Shown in pieces: positions 9,177 through 18,361 of a stretch of 51,197 nucleotides of DNA (position 1 is its first letter; every line of letters begins with the position of its first letter). Both the position numbers and the translations under genes were made by a program. The stretch spans positions 1 to 51,197 of the forward strand of contig JACQUK010000134.1 of the NCBI GenBank assembly GCA_016210325.1, read 5' to 3'. The notes below the pieces were generated by a model that searched no databases, was not told where the DNA came from, and was given only the letters and a program-made list of their open reading frames with translations. This stretch comes from Chloroflexota bacterium. Lineage in GTDB: Bacteria > Chloroflexota > Dehalococcoidia > Lucifugimonadales > HRBIN23.

Positions 9177-10769
9177 TCACCACCCCACTGCGCAGCCATC
9201 CTTGCGGGGGTCGGAGCCGCCCCTTAGCACACCCGCAGTATCCCGTTCAATGACTTGGCCCCCGCCAAACTGCATCCTGTCGTAGCCTGAGATTATGTTG
9301 ATTTGGTGCCCCCGTTGCTGAAGCCCCGCTACTACCTCCTCTGACACCCCATCTTCCAGGGCCACCTCGGCACCCCGTTGCACACTGAAGCGCAGGGCGT
9401 CCAGGGCCTCCTGGGGCCCCATGCCGTAGTCCAGCATGTTCGTCAGCACCTGGAGGTGCCCCTGCGGCTGCTGGAAGGCCCCCATGACCCCGAAGGTCAG
9501 CCATAGCTCGCCCTTCCGCGTCGCCATGGCCGGTATGATGGTGTGGTAGGGCCGCTTGCGCGGCGCCAGAGCGTTGGGGTGGGCCGGGTCCAGGGAGAAG
9601 ATGGAGCCACGGTTATGCAGGACCACACCTGTCCCCGGCGCCACCAGCCCCGTGCCGAAGCCCTGGAACAGGCTGTTGATGAAGGAGCAGGCGTTGCCCC
9701 CGCCGTCCACGGCAGCCAGGTAGACCGTGTCGCCCGCCGGGATGGGGCTTCCCGCCGCGGCCTTGGGCATAGCGCGGTCGGGGTGGACCAGGGCGCGGCG
9801 CCCCGCTGCATACTCCTTGGACAGCAGCCCTGCCACGGGCACCGAAGCCAGGGCGGGGTCGGCGATATAGTGTAGGGCGTCGGCAAGGGCCAGCCGCATG
9901 GCCTCGATGAGGTGATGGTAGCTCTCCGGCGTCTGAGGACCCATGCCGGCCAGGTCAAATCCCTCGGCGATGTTCAGGGCCAGGAGGGCCGCCAGTCCCT
10001 GGCCGTTGGGCGGGCACTCCCACACGGTGGCGCCCCGGTAGTCGGTAGTGATGGGCTGGTCCCAGGTGGAGGCATGGCTTGCCATGTCCTGGGCGGAGAG
10101 CCATCCCCCCTGCTGCTGTAGATACCCGGCGATGGCTTCGGCGACCGGGCCGTGGTAGAAGGCGTCCGAGCCGCCCTCAGCCACGGCACGCAGCGTGCGG
10201 GCCAGCGCCGGCAGGCGCACCACCTCCCCTTCACGGGGAGCGCGCCCGTCACGCAGCAGCTCGCCCCCCGATGGGTAGCGCAGCAGCTTCTCCTCGGCCC
10301 TTTGCCACCGCTCGGCGATGACCTCGGCTACCGGGTAACCATCCTCGGCGTAGCGAATGGCGGGCTCCAGCACGCGGGAGAGGGGCATGGTGCCGCAGGC
10401 CTTCAGCAGCGTCTCCCACCCGTGGACTGCGCCGGGGACGGTGACGGCGTAGGGGCTGAGGTCGGGGATGCTAGCGTGCCCCTGGCGCCGGATCTCCTCC
10501 AGGGACGCCGCCGCTGGGGCGCGGCCGCTGCCGTTGAGGGCCAGCACCCGCTTCTCCTTCGCCAGCCACACCAGGGCGAACATATCGCCGCCCAGGCCGG
10601 TGGACATAGGCTCCGTGACGCAGAGGGCCGCCGCTGTGGCTACCGCAGCGTCCACGGCGTTGCCGCCCTCCAGCAGGGTGCGCAGCCCGGCCACGGCGGC
10701 CAGGGGCTCGCTGGTAGCCACCATGCCATGCCTTGCCAGCACATTCGAACGCCGCGATGCGAAGCGCAT
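9177..10769 (-). CDS. ggt: Gamma-glutamyltransferase family protein (YwrD-like)
   Basis: GGNAVDAAVA, GLGGDMF, TVPGAV, autoproteolytic GD|TVY, KRPYHTIIP, GGSDPRKDG. Confidence 0.92.
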   Translation of the reverse strand: MRFASRRSNVLARHGMVATSEPLAAVAGLRTLLEGGNAVDAAVATAAALCVTEPMSTGLGGDMFALVWLAKEKRVLALNGSGRAPAAASLEEIRRQGHASIPDLSPYAVTVPGAVHGWETLLKACGTMPLSRVLEPAIRYAEDGYPVAEVIAERWQRAEEKLLRYPSGGELLRDGRAPREGEVVRLPALARTLRAVAEGGSDAFYHGPVAEAIAGYLQQQGGWLSAQDMASHASTWDQPITTDYRGATVWECPPNGQGLAALLALNIAEGFDLAGMGPQTPESYHHLIEAMRLALADALHYIADPALASVPVAGLLSKEYAAGRRALVHPDRAMPKAAAGSPIPAGDTVYLAAVDGGGNACSFINSLFQGFGTGLVAPGTGVVLHNRGSIFSLDPAHPNALAPRKRPYHTIIPAMATRKGELWLTFGVMGAFQQPQGHLQVLTNMLDYGMGPQEALDALRFSVQRGAEVALEDGVSEEVVAGLQQRGHQINIISGYDRMQFGGGQVIERDTAGVLRGGSDPRKDGCAVGW

Positions 10770-10846
10770 GATGAGCCCTCCGTCGTTCTCTCTGAGCATT
10801 GCCGCTAGCTTACTACCTCCCTGTGTCAGCGGCCAGTACCCTGCCC

Positions 10847-10875
10847 TTGACGGCCCTGGAGCGGCTACCTATACT
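10847..10875 (+). promoter_or_regulatory. Sigma70-type promoter of trpB2
   Basis: TTGACG-17 nt-TATACT. Confidence 0.75.
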
Positions 10876-10949
10876 CCCGCCAATAGCTGTGTGTTCTGCG
10901 GCCCGGTGCCCTGGGAGCGCGAGCATCATTGTTGACGAGGAGACGGGAC

Positions 10950-12308
10950 ATGGCTGAAGAGACCAAGATCACCCTGACCGAGAAGGAGATCCCCACCCGC
11001 TGGTACAACATCCAGGCGGACCTTCCCCAGCCGCTGCCGCCGGTGCTCCACCCCGGCACCAAGCAGCCCGTGGGACCCCAGGACCTGGCCCCCATCTTCC
11101 CCATGGCCCTCATCGGGCAGGAGGTGAGCCGGGAGCGCTACATCGAGATACCGGAGGAGGTGCGGGAGGTCTACAAGCTGTGGCGTCCCACGCCTATGTA
11201 CCGCGCTCGGCGTCTGGAGAAGGCCCTGGGGACTCCGGCGAGAATCTACTACAAGTACGAGGGCACCTCGCCCGCTGGCAGCCACAAACCCAACACCGCG
11301 GTGGCCCAGGCCTACTTCAACAAGCAGGAGGGGGTGAAGCGCCTGACCACCGAGACGGGCGCCGGCCAGTGGGGCAGCGCCCTGGCCTTCGCCTGCCGCT
11401 CCTTCGGCATGGAGTGCAAGGTCTACATGGTGAAGGTGAGCTACCAGCAGAAGCCCTACCGCCGCGTCATGATGGAGACCTGGGGCGCCAAGGTGGTCCC
11501 CAGCCCCAGCAAGGAGACCCAGGCGGGGCAGCGCATCCTGGCCGGGGACGCCGATAGCCCCGGCTCCCTGGGCATCGCCATCTCCGAGGCGGTGGAAGAT
11601 GCCGCCACCCATCCGGACACCAAGTACGCCCTGGGCTCGGTGCTGAACCACGTGCTGATGCACCAGACGGTCATCGGCGAAGAGGCGCTGCTCCAGATGG
11701 AGAAGGCCGGCGCCTACCCGGACATGGTCATCGGCTGCGTGGGAGGCGGGTCCAGCTTCGCGGGCATTTCGCTCCCCTTCATACGGGAGCGGCTCCAGAA
11801 GGGACGCAAGACCCGCTTCATCGCCGTGGAGCCGGAGGCGTGCCCCTCCATCACGCGGGGCAAGTACATCTACGACTTCGGCGACACGGGGGAGATGACC
11901 CCGCTGGTGAAGATGTACACCCTGGGACACACCTTCGTGCCGCCGCGCATCCACGCCGGCGGGCTGCGCTACCACGGCATGTCCCCCATCATCAGCGCCC
12001 TGTGCGAGCAGGGGGTCATCGAGGCACGTGCGGTGCACCAGACCGCCATCTTCGAGGCCGCCCTCCTCTTCGCCCGCGCCGAGGGCATCATCTCGGCGCC
12101 GGAGCCGGCCCACGCCATCAAGGTGGCCATTGACGAGGCGCTGAAGTGCAAGGAGTCTGGCGAAGCCAAGACCATCCTGTTCAACCTGTGCGGCCACGGC
12201 CACTTCGACATGTCCTCGTACGACGACTACCTGGCCGGCCGCCTCCAGGACTACGCCTACCCTCAGGCGGAGATCGAAAAGGCCCTGAAGCTGGTGCCGC
12301 AGGTGTAG
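10950..12308 (+). CDS. trpB2: TrpB2, stand-alone tryptophan synthase beta-like PLP enzyme
   Basis: [10 protein letters not shown]-terminus, [12 protein letters not shown] lysine, [18 protein letters not shown]. Confidence 0.95.
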   Translation: MAEETKITLTEKEIPTRWYNIQADLPQPLPPVLHPGTKQPVGPQDLAPIFPMALIGQEVSRERYIEIPEEVREVYKLWRPTPMYRARRLEKALGTPARIYYKYEGTSPAGSHKPNTAVAQAYFNKQEGVKRLTTETGAGQWGSALAFACRSFGMECKVYMVKVSYQQKPYRRVMMETWGAKVVPSPSKETQAGQRILAGDADSPGSLGIAISEAVEDAATHPDTKYALGSVLNHVLMHQTVIGEEALLQMEKAGAYPDMVIGCVGGGSSFAGISLPFIRERLQKGRKTRFIAVEPEACPSITRGKYIYDFGDTGEMTPLVKMYTLGHTFVPPRIHAGGLRYHGMSPIISALCEQGVIEARAVHQTAIFEAALLFARAEGIISAPEPAHAIKVAIDEALKCKESGEAKTILFNLCGHGHFDMSSYDDYLAGRLQDYAYPQAEIEKALKLVPQV

Positions 12309-12335
12309 GTGCCCCCGGAGGACCCTCCGTAACCA

Positions 12336-12372
12336 ACAAGAGAAGGGAGCCGCGTTGGCTCCCTTCTCTTGT
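12336..12372. terminator. Intrinsic terminator hairpin, probably bidirectional
   Basis: Perfect 16-bp stem ACAAGAGAAGGGAGCC-gcgtt-GGCTCCCTTCTCTTGT between convergent trpB2 and DUF763. Confidence 0.85.
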
Positions 12373-12532
12373 CTCAGGGCTTTGCCTCAAAAGTCATTCT
12401 GAATCCTTCCTGAGAAGGATGAAGAATCTGGGTGGAGTCCAGTTTATACTTGGCTGACCCCCAACCCCAGACCCTTCGCTTCGCTCAGGGTGACATAAGA
12501 GGCACTTTTAGGGCAAAGTCTCGTCTCAGGGC
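12371..12532. mobile_element. MITE-like element carrying a family B REP pair
   Basis: Inverted ends CTTTGCCTCAAAAGT / ACTTTTAGGGCAAAG; 10-bp direct repeat GTCTCAGGGC at 12371-12380 and 12523-12532. Confidence 0.6.
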
Positions 12533-12586
12533 AAGGGTGAGGGGACCATGAACGGGACAACTGCCTATTGGCCGGGGTTTCAGCGC

Positions 12587-13687
12587 CTAGCCTGCCCGGC
12601 CAAAGCTCGCCAGCCGCCGTAGTGCATCTAGCTCCTCGCGCTGGCCCAGGCGGGCGCGGCGGACGGCCTCGCTCAGAATGTGGACCGTCTGGTCGTAGGT
12701 GGCCCGGTCCACCGGGAAGGGGTAGCCGTCCTTGCCGCCGTGGGCGAAGGCGTACAGGGCCGGCTCCCGGTGGCCCACGGGAACGCCGTGCACCAGCTCC
12801 GCCACCAGGCTCAGCGCCCGCACTGTCCGCGGGCCTACCCCCGGCAGGGCCAGCAGCCCCTCGAAGTTGGAGGGCTGGCGCTCGTAGGTGACCAGTAGGG
12901 CCTTGTAGAGGCGGTCGGGGTCCAGGTCGGCCAGCTCGATGTGGTGGTGCACAGGAAGCTCCAGCATCTTGAGGCGTTTGAGCTCTGCCACCAGCACCTC
13001 GGGCCGCTCCTGCGCCACAGCCGGGATGGCCTGGCGCGCCGGCTCCGCCTCGGCGGCCACCAGGTTCAGCACGTACTGCCCCCGCGCCTGGGCCGCGATG
13101 GCGGCGTGGGGCTCCCGCACAAAGCTCTCGACCCGCTGTCCCAGCCAGTGGTAGCGGCGGGCGTAGCGGTCCTGAGCGTTCATCCCCTGCTGCACGACGG
13201 CCCACTGGCCTTTGACAGTGAAGAAGAAGCTGTGGTGGTAGAGCTGGTAGCCGTCCTGGAGGGCCGCCGAGTCCACCTTGGCAGCCATGCGGCTGGCGTA
13301 GACCAGCGGCGCCGGGTCAAGGCCAGTGCGCTGGCCCGCCTCCGTCACCTCGCCCGGCGTCTTTCGGGAGGTGCCGCCCTTGCCGCCGGCGACCCACAGG
13401 CCACTCTCGTGCTCCAGGCCGCGTAGCCCCTCCTTGAGGGCGCCGCAGACGGTGGTGGTGACCCCACTGGAGTGCCAGTCGAAGCCCAACACGCAGCCGA
13501 AGGCCTGGAACCAGAAGGGGTCCGAGAGGCGGCGCAGCACCTCATCCGGCCCGTAGTCCTCCACGATGGCCAGCGTCATGCCCCGCGCCAGCTTGACCAT
13601 GCGCTGGAACAGCCAGGGCGGCGCCTTGCCGCCGTGGAGGGGCAGGTGGGCCAGGCCGGTGCGCTGCCCGCCGGGGGGAGTGGTCAT
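12587..13687 (-). CDS. DUF763 family protein
   Basis: LPLHGGKAPPWLF, LSDPFWFQAFGCVLGFDWHSSGVTT, WAVVQQGMN, AHGGKDGYPFPVD. Confidence 0.95.
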   Translation of the reverse strand: MTTPPGGQRTGLAHLPLHGGKAPPWLFQRMVKLARGMTLAIVEDYGPDEVLRRLSDPFWFQAFGCVLGFDWHSSGVTTTVCGALKEGLRGLEHESGLWVAGGKGGTSRKTPGEVTEAGQRTGLDPAPLVYASRMAAKVDSAALQDGYQLYHHSFFFTVKGQWAVVQQGMNAQDRYARRYHWLGQRVESFVREPHAAIAAQARGQYVLNLVAAEAEPARQAIPAVAQERPEVLVAELKRLKMLELPVHHHIELADLDPDRLYKALLVTYERQPSNFEGLLALPGVGPRTVRALSLVAELVHGVPVGHREPALYAFAHGGKDGYPFPVDRATYDQTVHILSEAVRRARLGQREELDALRRLASFGRAG

Positions 13688-13728
13688 ACGGTCCTCGCAT
13701 TCCCTAAAAGCCGAGGTAACCTCTCACT

Positions 13729-13763
13729 CCCGCTCATGGTCCGACGCGCTCACCACGAGCGGG
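13729..13763. repeat. REP family A palindrome
   Basis: CCCGCTCATGGT...ACCACGAGCGGG. Confidence 0.85.
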
Positions 13764-13770
13764 CAAATAC

Positions 13771-13848
13771 TACCCCGCCCTGAAGGGCGGGGTATAGGGC
13801 AGTGCTAGGTACCATGCCGCAGCCTTCAGGCTGCGGTGCGGGTTGTCA
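13771..13848. mobile_element. Miniature IS200/IS605-like double-hairpin element
   Basis: TACCCCGCCC-TGAA-GGGCGGGGTA and GCCGCAGCC-TTCA-GGCTGCGGT in inverted orientation. Confidence 0.55.
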
Positions 13849-13855
13849 GCAGACC

Positions 13856-14956
13856 CTACCGCCCTATCTTCCGGGTGAAGGTGACTAGGAAGAGAGCGAC
13901 AAGGAACACGCCCAGAAGAGACTCAACTGCCCCCAAGTAACGGGTCCAGCCCATAGGAGCAATGCGCAAGGTCTCCACCCATCCTCCATAGCCCAAGGAT
14001 GTGAAAGACACCCCAGAGAAGTAAAGTGCCTTCCACAGCAGTTGCCATAGGGTTTTCATGCCACTCCAAGACAACTCGAGGTGTGTGAAGGGTAGATACG
14101 GGAAGTAGGCAGCCGCGAAGCCGCCGATCACTGCTGCGGCCGCCCGGACCACCCGCCAGGGCCGCTCACCGTAGCCGAAGAGCTGTTCGTAAAAGTTGAG
14201 TCTGGCAACTGCACCAAGGTTTGCGCACCACGGTCCCCTCCTCTCCTCAAGCCGTCGCCGCCCAGGGCAAAGCTCGAAAGACGCCAGCCCGAAGAACAGC
14301 ACACCGATCTGGGGAAAGAGGAATCCAGCCACGTGCTGCATCCATGCGGGCCGTCGCCGGAGCCACCGCAAACAGCGCCGCAGGATGGGCCGGCGTCGGC
14401 AGGTGAGTAAAAGCAAGTCGCCCAGGGCCATCTTGCGCAGGCACACCTGCTCCCGATAGTGAAACTCGCCAGCTTCTTCGGAATAAGCGTGAGCCTGGTG
14501 CCATGCTCTGAGTTGCTTATAGATCGAAATGGCGTTGAGGTAGTGTCTTTCGCTTTCCTGGGGCGTGGTGTAGTCGCCCCAGTCCACCCTGTCCAGATCC
14601 GTGTCACTCGACAACGTGACGCGGAATAAGTCCGCGCGGCGCAAATTGGTCCTAACGAGCTTGGCGTCAGACAAATCGGCAAAGCGGAGCACAGCATCAG
14701 ACATATCTGCGCCGCTGAGGTCTGCGCCAACGAGCACGGCGTGTTCCAAGTAGATTCCCCGCATATTTCGCCCGTTTAGGTTCAGTCCCTGGGCCGTCCC
14801 GCCATTGGCCTCAATCAGCCGCTCCACGTCCTCCCGCGTCAGCGGCTCGGTGCCGTCGGCCTGGGCGTGCCGGCCCCAGTGGCGCAGCCAGCAGTCCACC
14901 GCTTCTCGTGTGCGCGGTGGCTCGCAGGGCGGCGGCTGGCCGGTGCCTTCACCCAT
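13856..14956 (-). CDS. Pentapeptide-repeat protein with C-terminal two-TM ion-channel-like domain
   Basis: GADLSGADMSDAVLRFADLSDAKLVRTNLRRADL repeats; GYGERPWRV; YFSGVSFTSLGYG pore motif. Confidence 0.85.
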   Translation of the reverse strand: MGEGTGQPPPCEPPRTREAVDCWLRHWGRHAQADGTEPLTREDVERLIEANGGTAQGLNLNGRNMRGIYLEHAVLVGADLSGADMSDAVLRFADLSDAKLVRTNLRRADLFRVTLSSDTDLDRVDWGDYTTPQESERHYLNAISIYKQLRAWHQAHAYSEEAGEFHYREQVCLRKMALGDLLLLTCRRRPILRRCLRWLRRRPAWMQHVAGFLFPQIGVLFFGLASFELCPGRRRLEERRGPWCANLGAVARLNFYEQLFGYGERPWRVVRAAAAVIGGFAAAYFPYLPFTHLELSWSGMKTLWQLLWKALYFSGVSFTSLGYGGWVETLRIAPMGWTRYLGAVESLLGVFLVALFLVTFTRKIGR

Positions 14957-15290
14957 GTCTACCCTCTCAGCGAAAGGCCTCACCTCAGCGGCCAGTATAA
15001 GCCTACTCCACCTACAGCAGGTAGCACCCCCTGTCACATACCGGCGTCGCCTGACCTTCCGTGGAAGGACCAGGTCCTCCCAGACCGGTGTGGTAGCTAA
15101 AGGTGCGAGATGGCGTGTTTCGTCGCCAGCCCATAGCGCTGCCTAGAACAACATGGATAGTAGCGAGTACCGGCGGCGCGAATGCCATTTGTGGACTCCC
15201 GAACTAACGGCAGGCGTTTTAGAAGCTTTGCCATCTCTATTATGACGTGATTCGGCTCATATGTAACTCTCACTGAGCACATTATAGCCA

Positions 15291-15319
15291 TTGACACGGC
15301 AGATGTGCTGTGCTACGTT
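15291..15319 (+). promoter_or_regulatory. Sigma70-type promoter of the ABC/ureohydrolase cluster
   Basis: TTGACA-17 nt-TACGTT with TG extended -10; implies a ~260-nt 5' leader. Confidence 0.65.
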
Positions 15320-15518
15320 CTGTTCATAGCTATCGGTCCAGGGAGGGACGCGGAACTCGCTCGGGCTTGGGCTGGCCGCAGACCAGGGCAGCAGCCAGCC
15401 CAGGTGGTAAGTGCTTCTTTCTTCGGCAGCGCTGTTGCTCCACACGCACGGGGGTAGAGGGTTACAGGGGTTGGAGATTTCCTGTGTTAGTGCACTCGAA
15501 ACTTTCTTGAGTTACCCC

Positions 15519-15570
15519 CAGCGGGGGACGAGGAGGCTTTCCACCTTGCTGTAAGGACAACTCGCAAAGC
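15519..15570 (+). ncRNA. Candidate guanidine-III (ykkC-III)-like riboswitch aptamer, variant
   Basis: CAGCGGGG pairs with CCTTGCTG; GGACGAGG and AGGACAA motifs; GCTTT(C)C pairs with G(C)AAAGC as a pseudoknot; ends just before the GGAGGT RBS. Confidence 0.5.
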
Positions 15571-15584
15571 GATGGAGGTACAGC

Positions 15585-17207
15585 ATGCGCAGCCAGAAGG
15601 CTTGGCTTCTGCTCATGGGGGTGCTCGGCCTCGTCTTTGTGTTCAGCCTGAGTTGTGCTTCCAGAACACCAACGCCAACCGCCCCTGCTGCCCAACCTAC
15701 CGCCACCACCCCGCGTGCCACGCCCACCCCAACCGCTACAGCGGTCCCCACGGCCAGGCCCACCAGGGTGCTGCGCATCGCTCAGGCGGCTGAGCCAGTC
15801 ACGCTCTTTGCTGGAGCGGACACGGACATCGCCAGCATCCTCTTCCACGCCAACGTGTTCGACTGCCTGGTGGACCGTAAGGCGGACCACAGCATGGGGC
15901 CCGGCCTGGCGACGTCTTGGAAGACTGTGGACCCTACAACGTGGGAGTTCACCCTGCGCCCCGGGCTCAAATGGCACGACGGCAGCCCGGTGGATGCCCA
16001 GTCGGTGGCCGACTACTGGAACTTCCTCCGCACCGACGATGCCAAGACACTGCGCGCCGCTATCCGATTCAAGGGTGTCATTAAAGACGCCCAGCCTGTC
16101 GGCACGGGCACGGTCCGCTTCGTCACTGAGCAATCGGAGCCCATCCTGCCCAACCTGCTTTCGGGCTTCAACTGCGGGGTCGGCAACGCCAAGAGCATCA
16201 AGGCACAGGGGCTCCAGAAGGAACTGGAGAAACCCGTCGGCACCGGCGCCTACCGGGTGGTGGAGTGGAAACGCCAGGTCAACGTGGAGCTGGCCCGGAA
16301 CCCCGACTGGTTCGGGGAGCGCGGCGATGGTGACACGGCCATCATCCGGCCCATACCGGACCAGGGCACTCGCGTGGCCGCCCTGCTGGCTGGCGAGGTG
16401 GACATGATCGTAACGGTGGAGCCGGACTCCATCAAGACCATCCAGGGGAATCCCAACGCCCACGTGACCAGCACCCACATGGTGGACTGGATGATCTACT
16501 ACCCGCACCTCAAGGCCACTGCCCCCATCATCTACCAGTCCAAGGAGTTCCGCCAGGCTGTCAGCATGGCCATTGACCGCGAGGCCATCGCCCGGGACAT
16601 CTTTGGCGGCTACGCGGTCCCTATGCGCGGCGTGTTCCCCAACACGAACCCCTCCTACGATGCCTCCCTGGCATGGCCCTATGACCAGAACAAGGCCAAG
16701 GAGCTTCTGGCGAAGTCTGGCTACGCCGGCCAGGAGATTGTCTTCCAGACCGGCGAGAACATCTTCCAGGGCGACCGGCTCACCACCGAGGCCATCGTCA
16801 ACATGGTCCAGAAGATAGGGGTCAACGCCAAGATCGAGCTGCTGGAGGCGGTGGTGCGGGAGCAGATTGTGCGGGAGAAGACCATGAAGGGGTTCATGAT
16901 CCGTCTTCCCGCCGATTTCGCCTATGACGGCTCTGTGTGGTGGGCCAGCATCAAGCCCGGCGCTGCCATTGACTTCTGGCGCAATGAGCGCGCAGACCAA
17001 CTGATGGGCAAAGACTGCGCCGTGATGTTCGACCTGACAGGGCGCAACGCCTGCTACAAGGAAGCCCAGAAGATCATGTTCGACGAGGTGCCTATCCTCC
17101 AGATCGTCCAGGTGGATTTCGTGGACGCGGTCTCCAGCAATTGGGACTGGAAGCGTCGTCCCAACGAGAAGATTGTCCTGGCTGACTTCAAGTACAAGGG
17201 CAGGTAG
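15585..17207 (+). CDS. Dpp/Opp family 5 ABC substrate-binding lipoprotein
   Basis: Lipobox-like LSC, Pro/Thr/Ala linker, PGLATSW...WEFTLRPGLKWHDG, PVGTGAY, RQAVSMAIDR. Confidence 0.95.
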   Translation: MRSQKAWLLLMGVLGLVFVFSLSCASRTPTPTAPAAQPTATTPRATPTPTATAVPTARPTRVLRIAQAAEPVTLFAGADTDIASILFHANVFDCLVDRKADHSMGPGLATSWKTVDPTTWEFTLRPGLKWHDGSPVDAQSVADYWNFLRTDDAKTLRAAIRFKGVIKDAQPVGTGTVRFVTEQSEPILPNLLSGFNCGVGNAKSIKAQGLQKELEKPVGTGAYRVVEWKRQVNVELARNPDWFGERGDGDTAIIRPIPDQGTRVAALLAGEVDMIVTVEPDSIKTIQGNPNAHVTSTHMVDWMIYYPHLKATAPIIYQSKEFRQAVSMAIDREAIARDIFGGYAVPMRGVFPNTNPSYDASLAWPYDQNKAKELLAKSGYAGQEIVFQTGENIFQGDRLTTEAIVNMVQKIGVNAKIELLEAVVREQIVREKTMKGFMIRLPADFAYDGSVWWASIKPGAAIDFWRNERADQLMGKDCAVMFDLTGRNACYKEAQKIMFDEVPILQIVQVDFVDAVSSNWDWKRRPNEKIVLADFKYKGR

Positions 17208-17252
17208 GACCAGGCAGGCGAGTGAGCAGCCTGCCAACGAGGTGAGAAGGGA

Positions 17253-17383
17253 CTAGGTCCTGTTGACACTGTCCGCTCCCCCTTCGATGGCCTTAGGGTG
17301 AGCGGACCCAACCAGGACCCCGCTCATGGATTCGACAAGCTCACCACGAGCGGGATAAGTGGCAGGATGTCAACAGAACCTAG
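17253..17383. mobile_element. MITE-like element with TIRs, carrying two family A REPs
   Basis: CTAGGTCCTGTTGACA / TGTCAACAGAACCTAG (15/16 inverted match). Confidence 0.75.
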
Positions 17384-17434
17384 CGGGACTGGGGAAGCGC
17401 GGCGGGTGCCGCCACCCAGCGCGAGGGTGAGGGT

Positions 17435-18352
17435 ATGGGCCGCTTTCTGGTCAGGCGGTTCCTGCGCGGCATCCTGGTAGTGCTGGGCGTCTCCACCATT
17501 GTGTTCGGCATCACCCACCTGTCCGGTGACCCGGTCTCGCTGCTGGTGGACCAGGAGTGGACCCACGAGCAGGTGGAGCAGGTACGAAGAGACCTGGGCC
17601 TGGACAAGCCTGTGTACATCCAGTACGTGCGCTACTGGCAGAACGTCCTCCTGGGCGATTGGGGCCAGTCCCTGCGGTACCGCCGGCCAGCGCTGTCCCT
17701 GGTCTGGGAACGGTTCCCGGCCACCGTGGAGCTGGCGGCGGTAACCCTCATCATCGTCGTAGCCCTTTCCATACCGGCGGGGGTCATAGCAGCCGTCAAG
17801 CGAGGAGGGTTCTGGGACCAGGCCATCATGACCCTGGCTATGGTGGGCCAGTCGTGGCCGACCTTCTGGCTGGGCCTGGTGCTGATCCTGGTCTTTGCGG
17901 TGAAGTTCCACTGGCTCCCTACCTCTGGCCGCGGCGGCTTTGACCACCTCATTCTGCCTGCGTTCACCCTGGCCTTCCTGCCCATGGCGATGATGGCCCG
18001 CCTCACCCGCTCGGCCATGCTGGACGTTCTGCGGGCAGACTACATTCGCACGGCCCGCGCCAAGGGGTTGAGGAACAGCACGGTCATTGTGCGTCACGCG
18101 CTCCGGAACGCGGCAATCCCGGTGGTCACCATCCTGGGCATTCAGGTGGGGTCCCTGCTGGCGGGCGCCGTAGTGACCGAGACGGTTTTCGCCTGGCCGG
18201 GAGTCGGCCGCGCCGCGGTGGAGGCCGTCCAGCAGCGGGACTACCCGGTGGTCCAGGCTGTGGTGCTGTTGACCTCGGTAGTCTTTGTCACGGTGAACCT
18301 GGCCGTGGACACTCTGTACGGGGTCCTGGACCCGCGTATCCGCTACGCCTAA
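17435..18352 (+). CDS. ABC permease, DppB/OppB-like
   Basis: LGLDKP, DWGQS, DYIRTARAKGL, VTETVFAWPGVG, LDPRIR. Confidence 0.95.
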   Translation: MGRFLVRRFLRGILVVLGVSTIVFGITHLSGDPVSLLVDQEWTHEQVEQVRRDLGLDKPVYIQYVRYWQNVLLGDWGQSLRYRRPALSLVWERFPATVELAAVTLIIVVALSIPAGVIAAVKRGGFWDQAIMTLAMVGQSWPTFWLGLVLILVFAVKFHWLPTSGRGGFDHLILPAFTLAFLPMAMMARLTRSAMLDVLRADYIRTARAKGLRNSTVIVRHALRNAAIPVVTILGIQVGSLLAGAVVTETVFAWPGVGRAAVEAVQQRDYPVVQAVVLLTSVVFVTVNLAVDTLYGVLDPRIRYA

Positions 18353-18361
18353 GGGGATGGG

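Noticed and set aside
10950-12308. Part of a trp biosynthetic operon
   Set aside because: TrpB2-type sequence with its own promoter and terminator; no trpA nearby.
15097-15297. 66-aa minus-strand ORF in the AT-richer stretch
   Set aside because: No recognisable motif or RBS, and it overlaps the predicted cluster promoter.
15320-15518. Guanidine-I, -II or -IV riboswitch in the long leader
   Set aside because: No ykkC-I conserved 3' tail, no twin ACGR-capped hairpins and no terminator-loop architecture visible; only the class III-like pattern fits.
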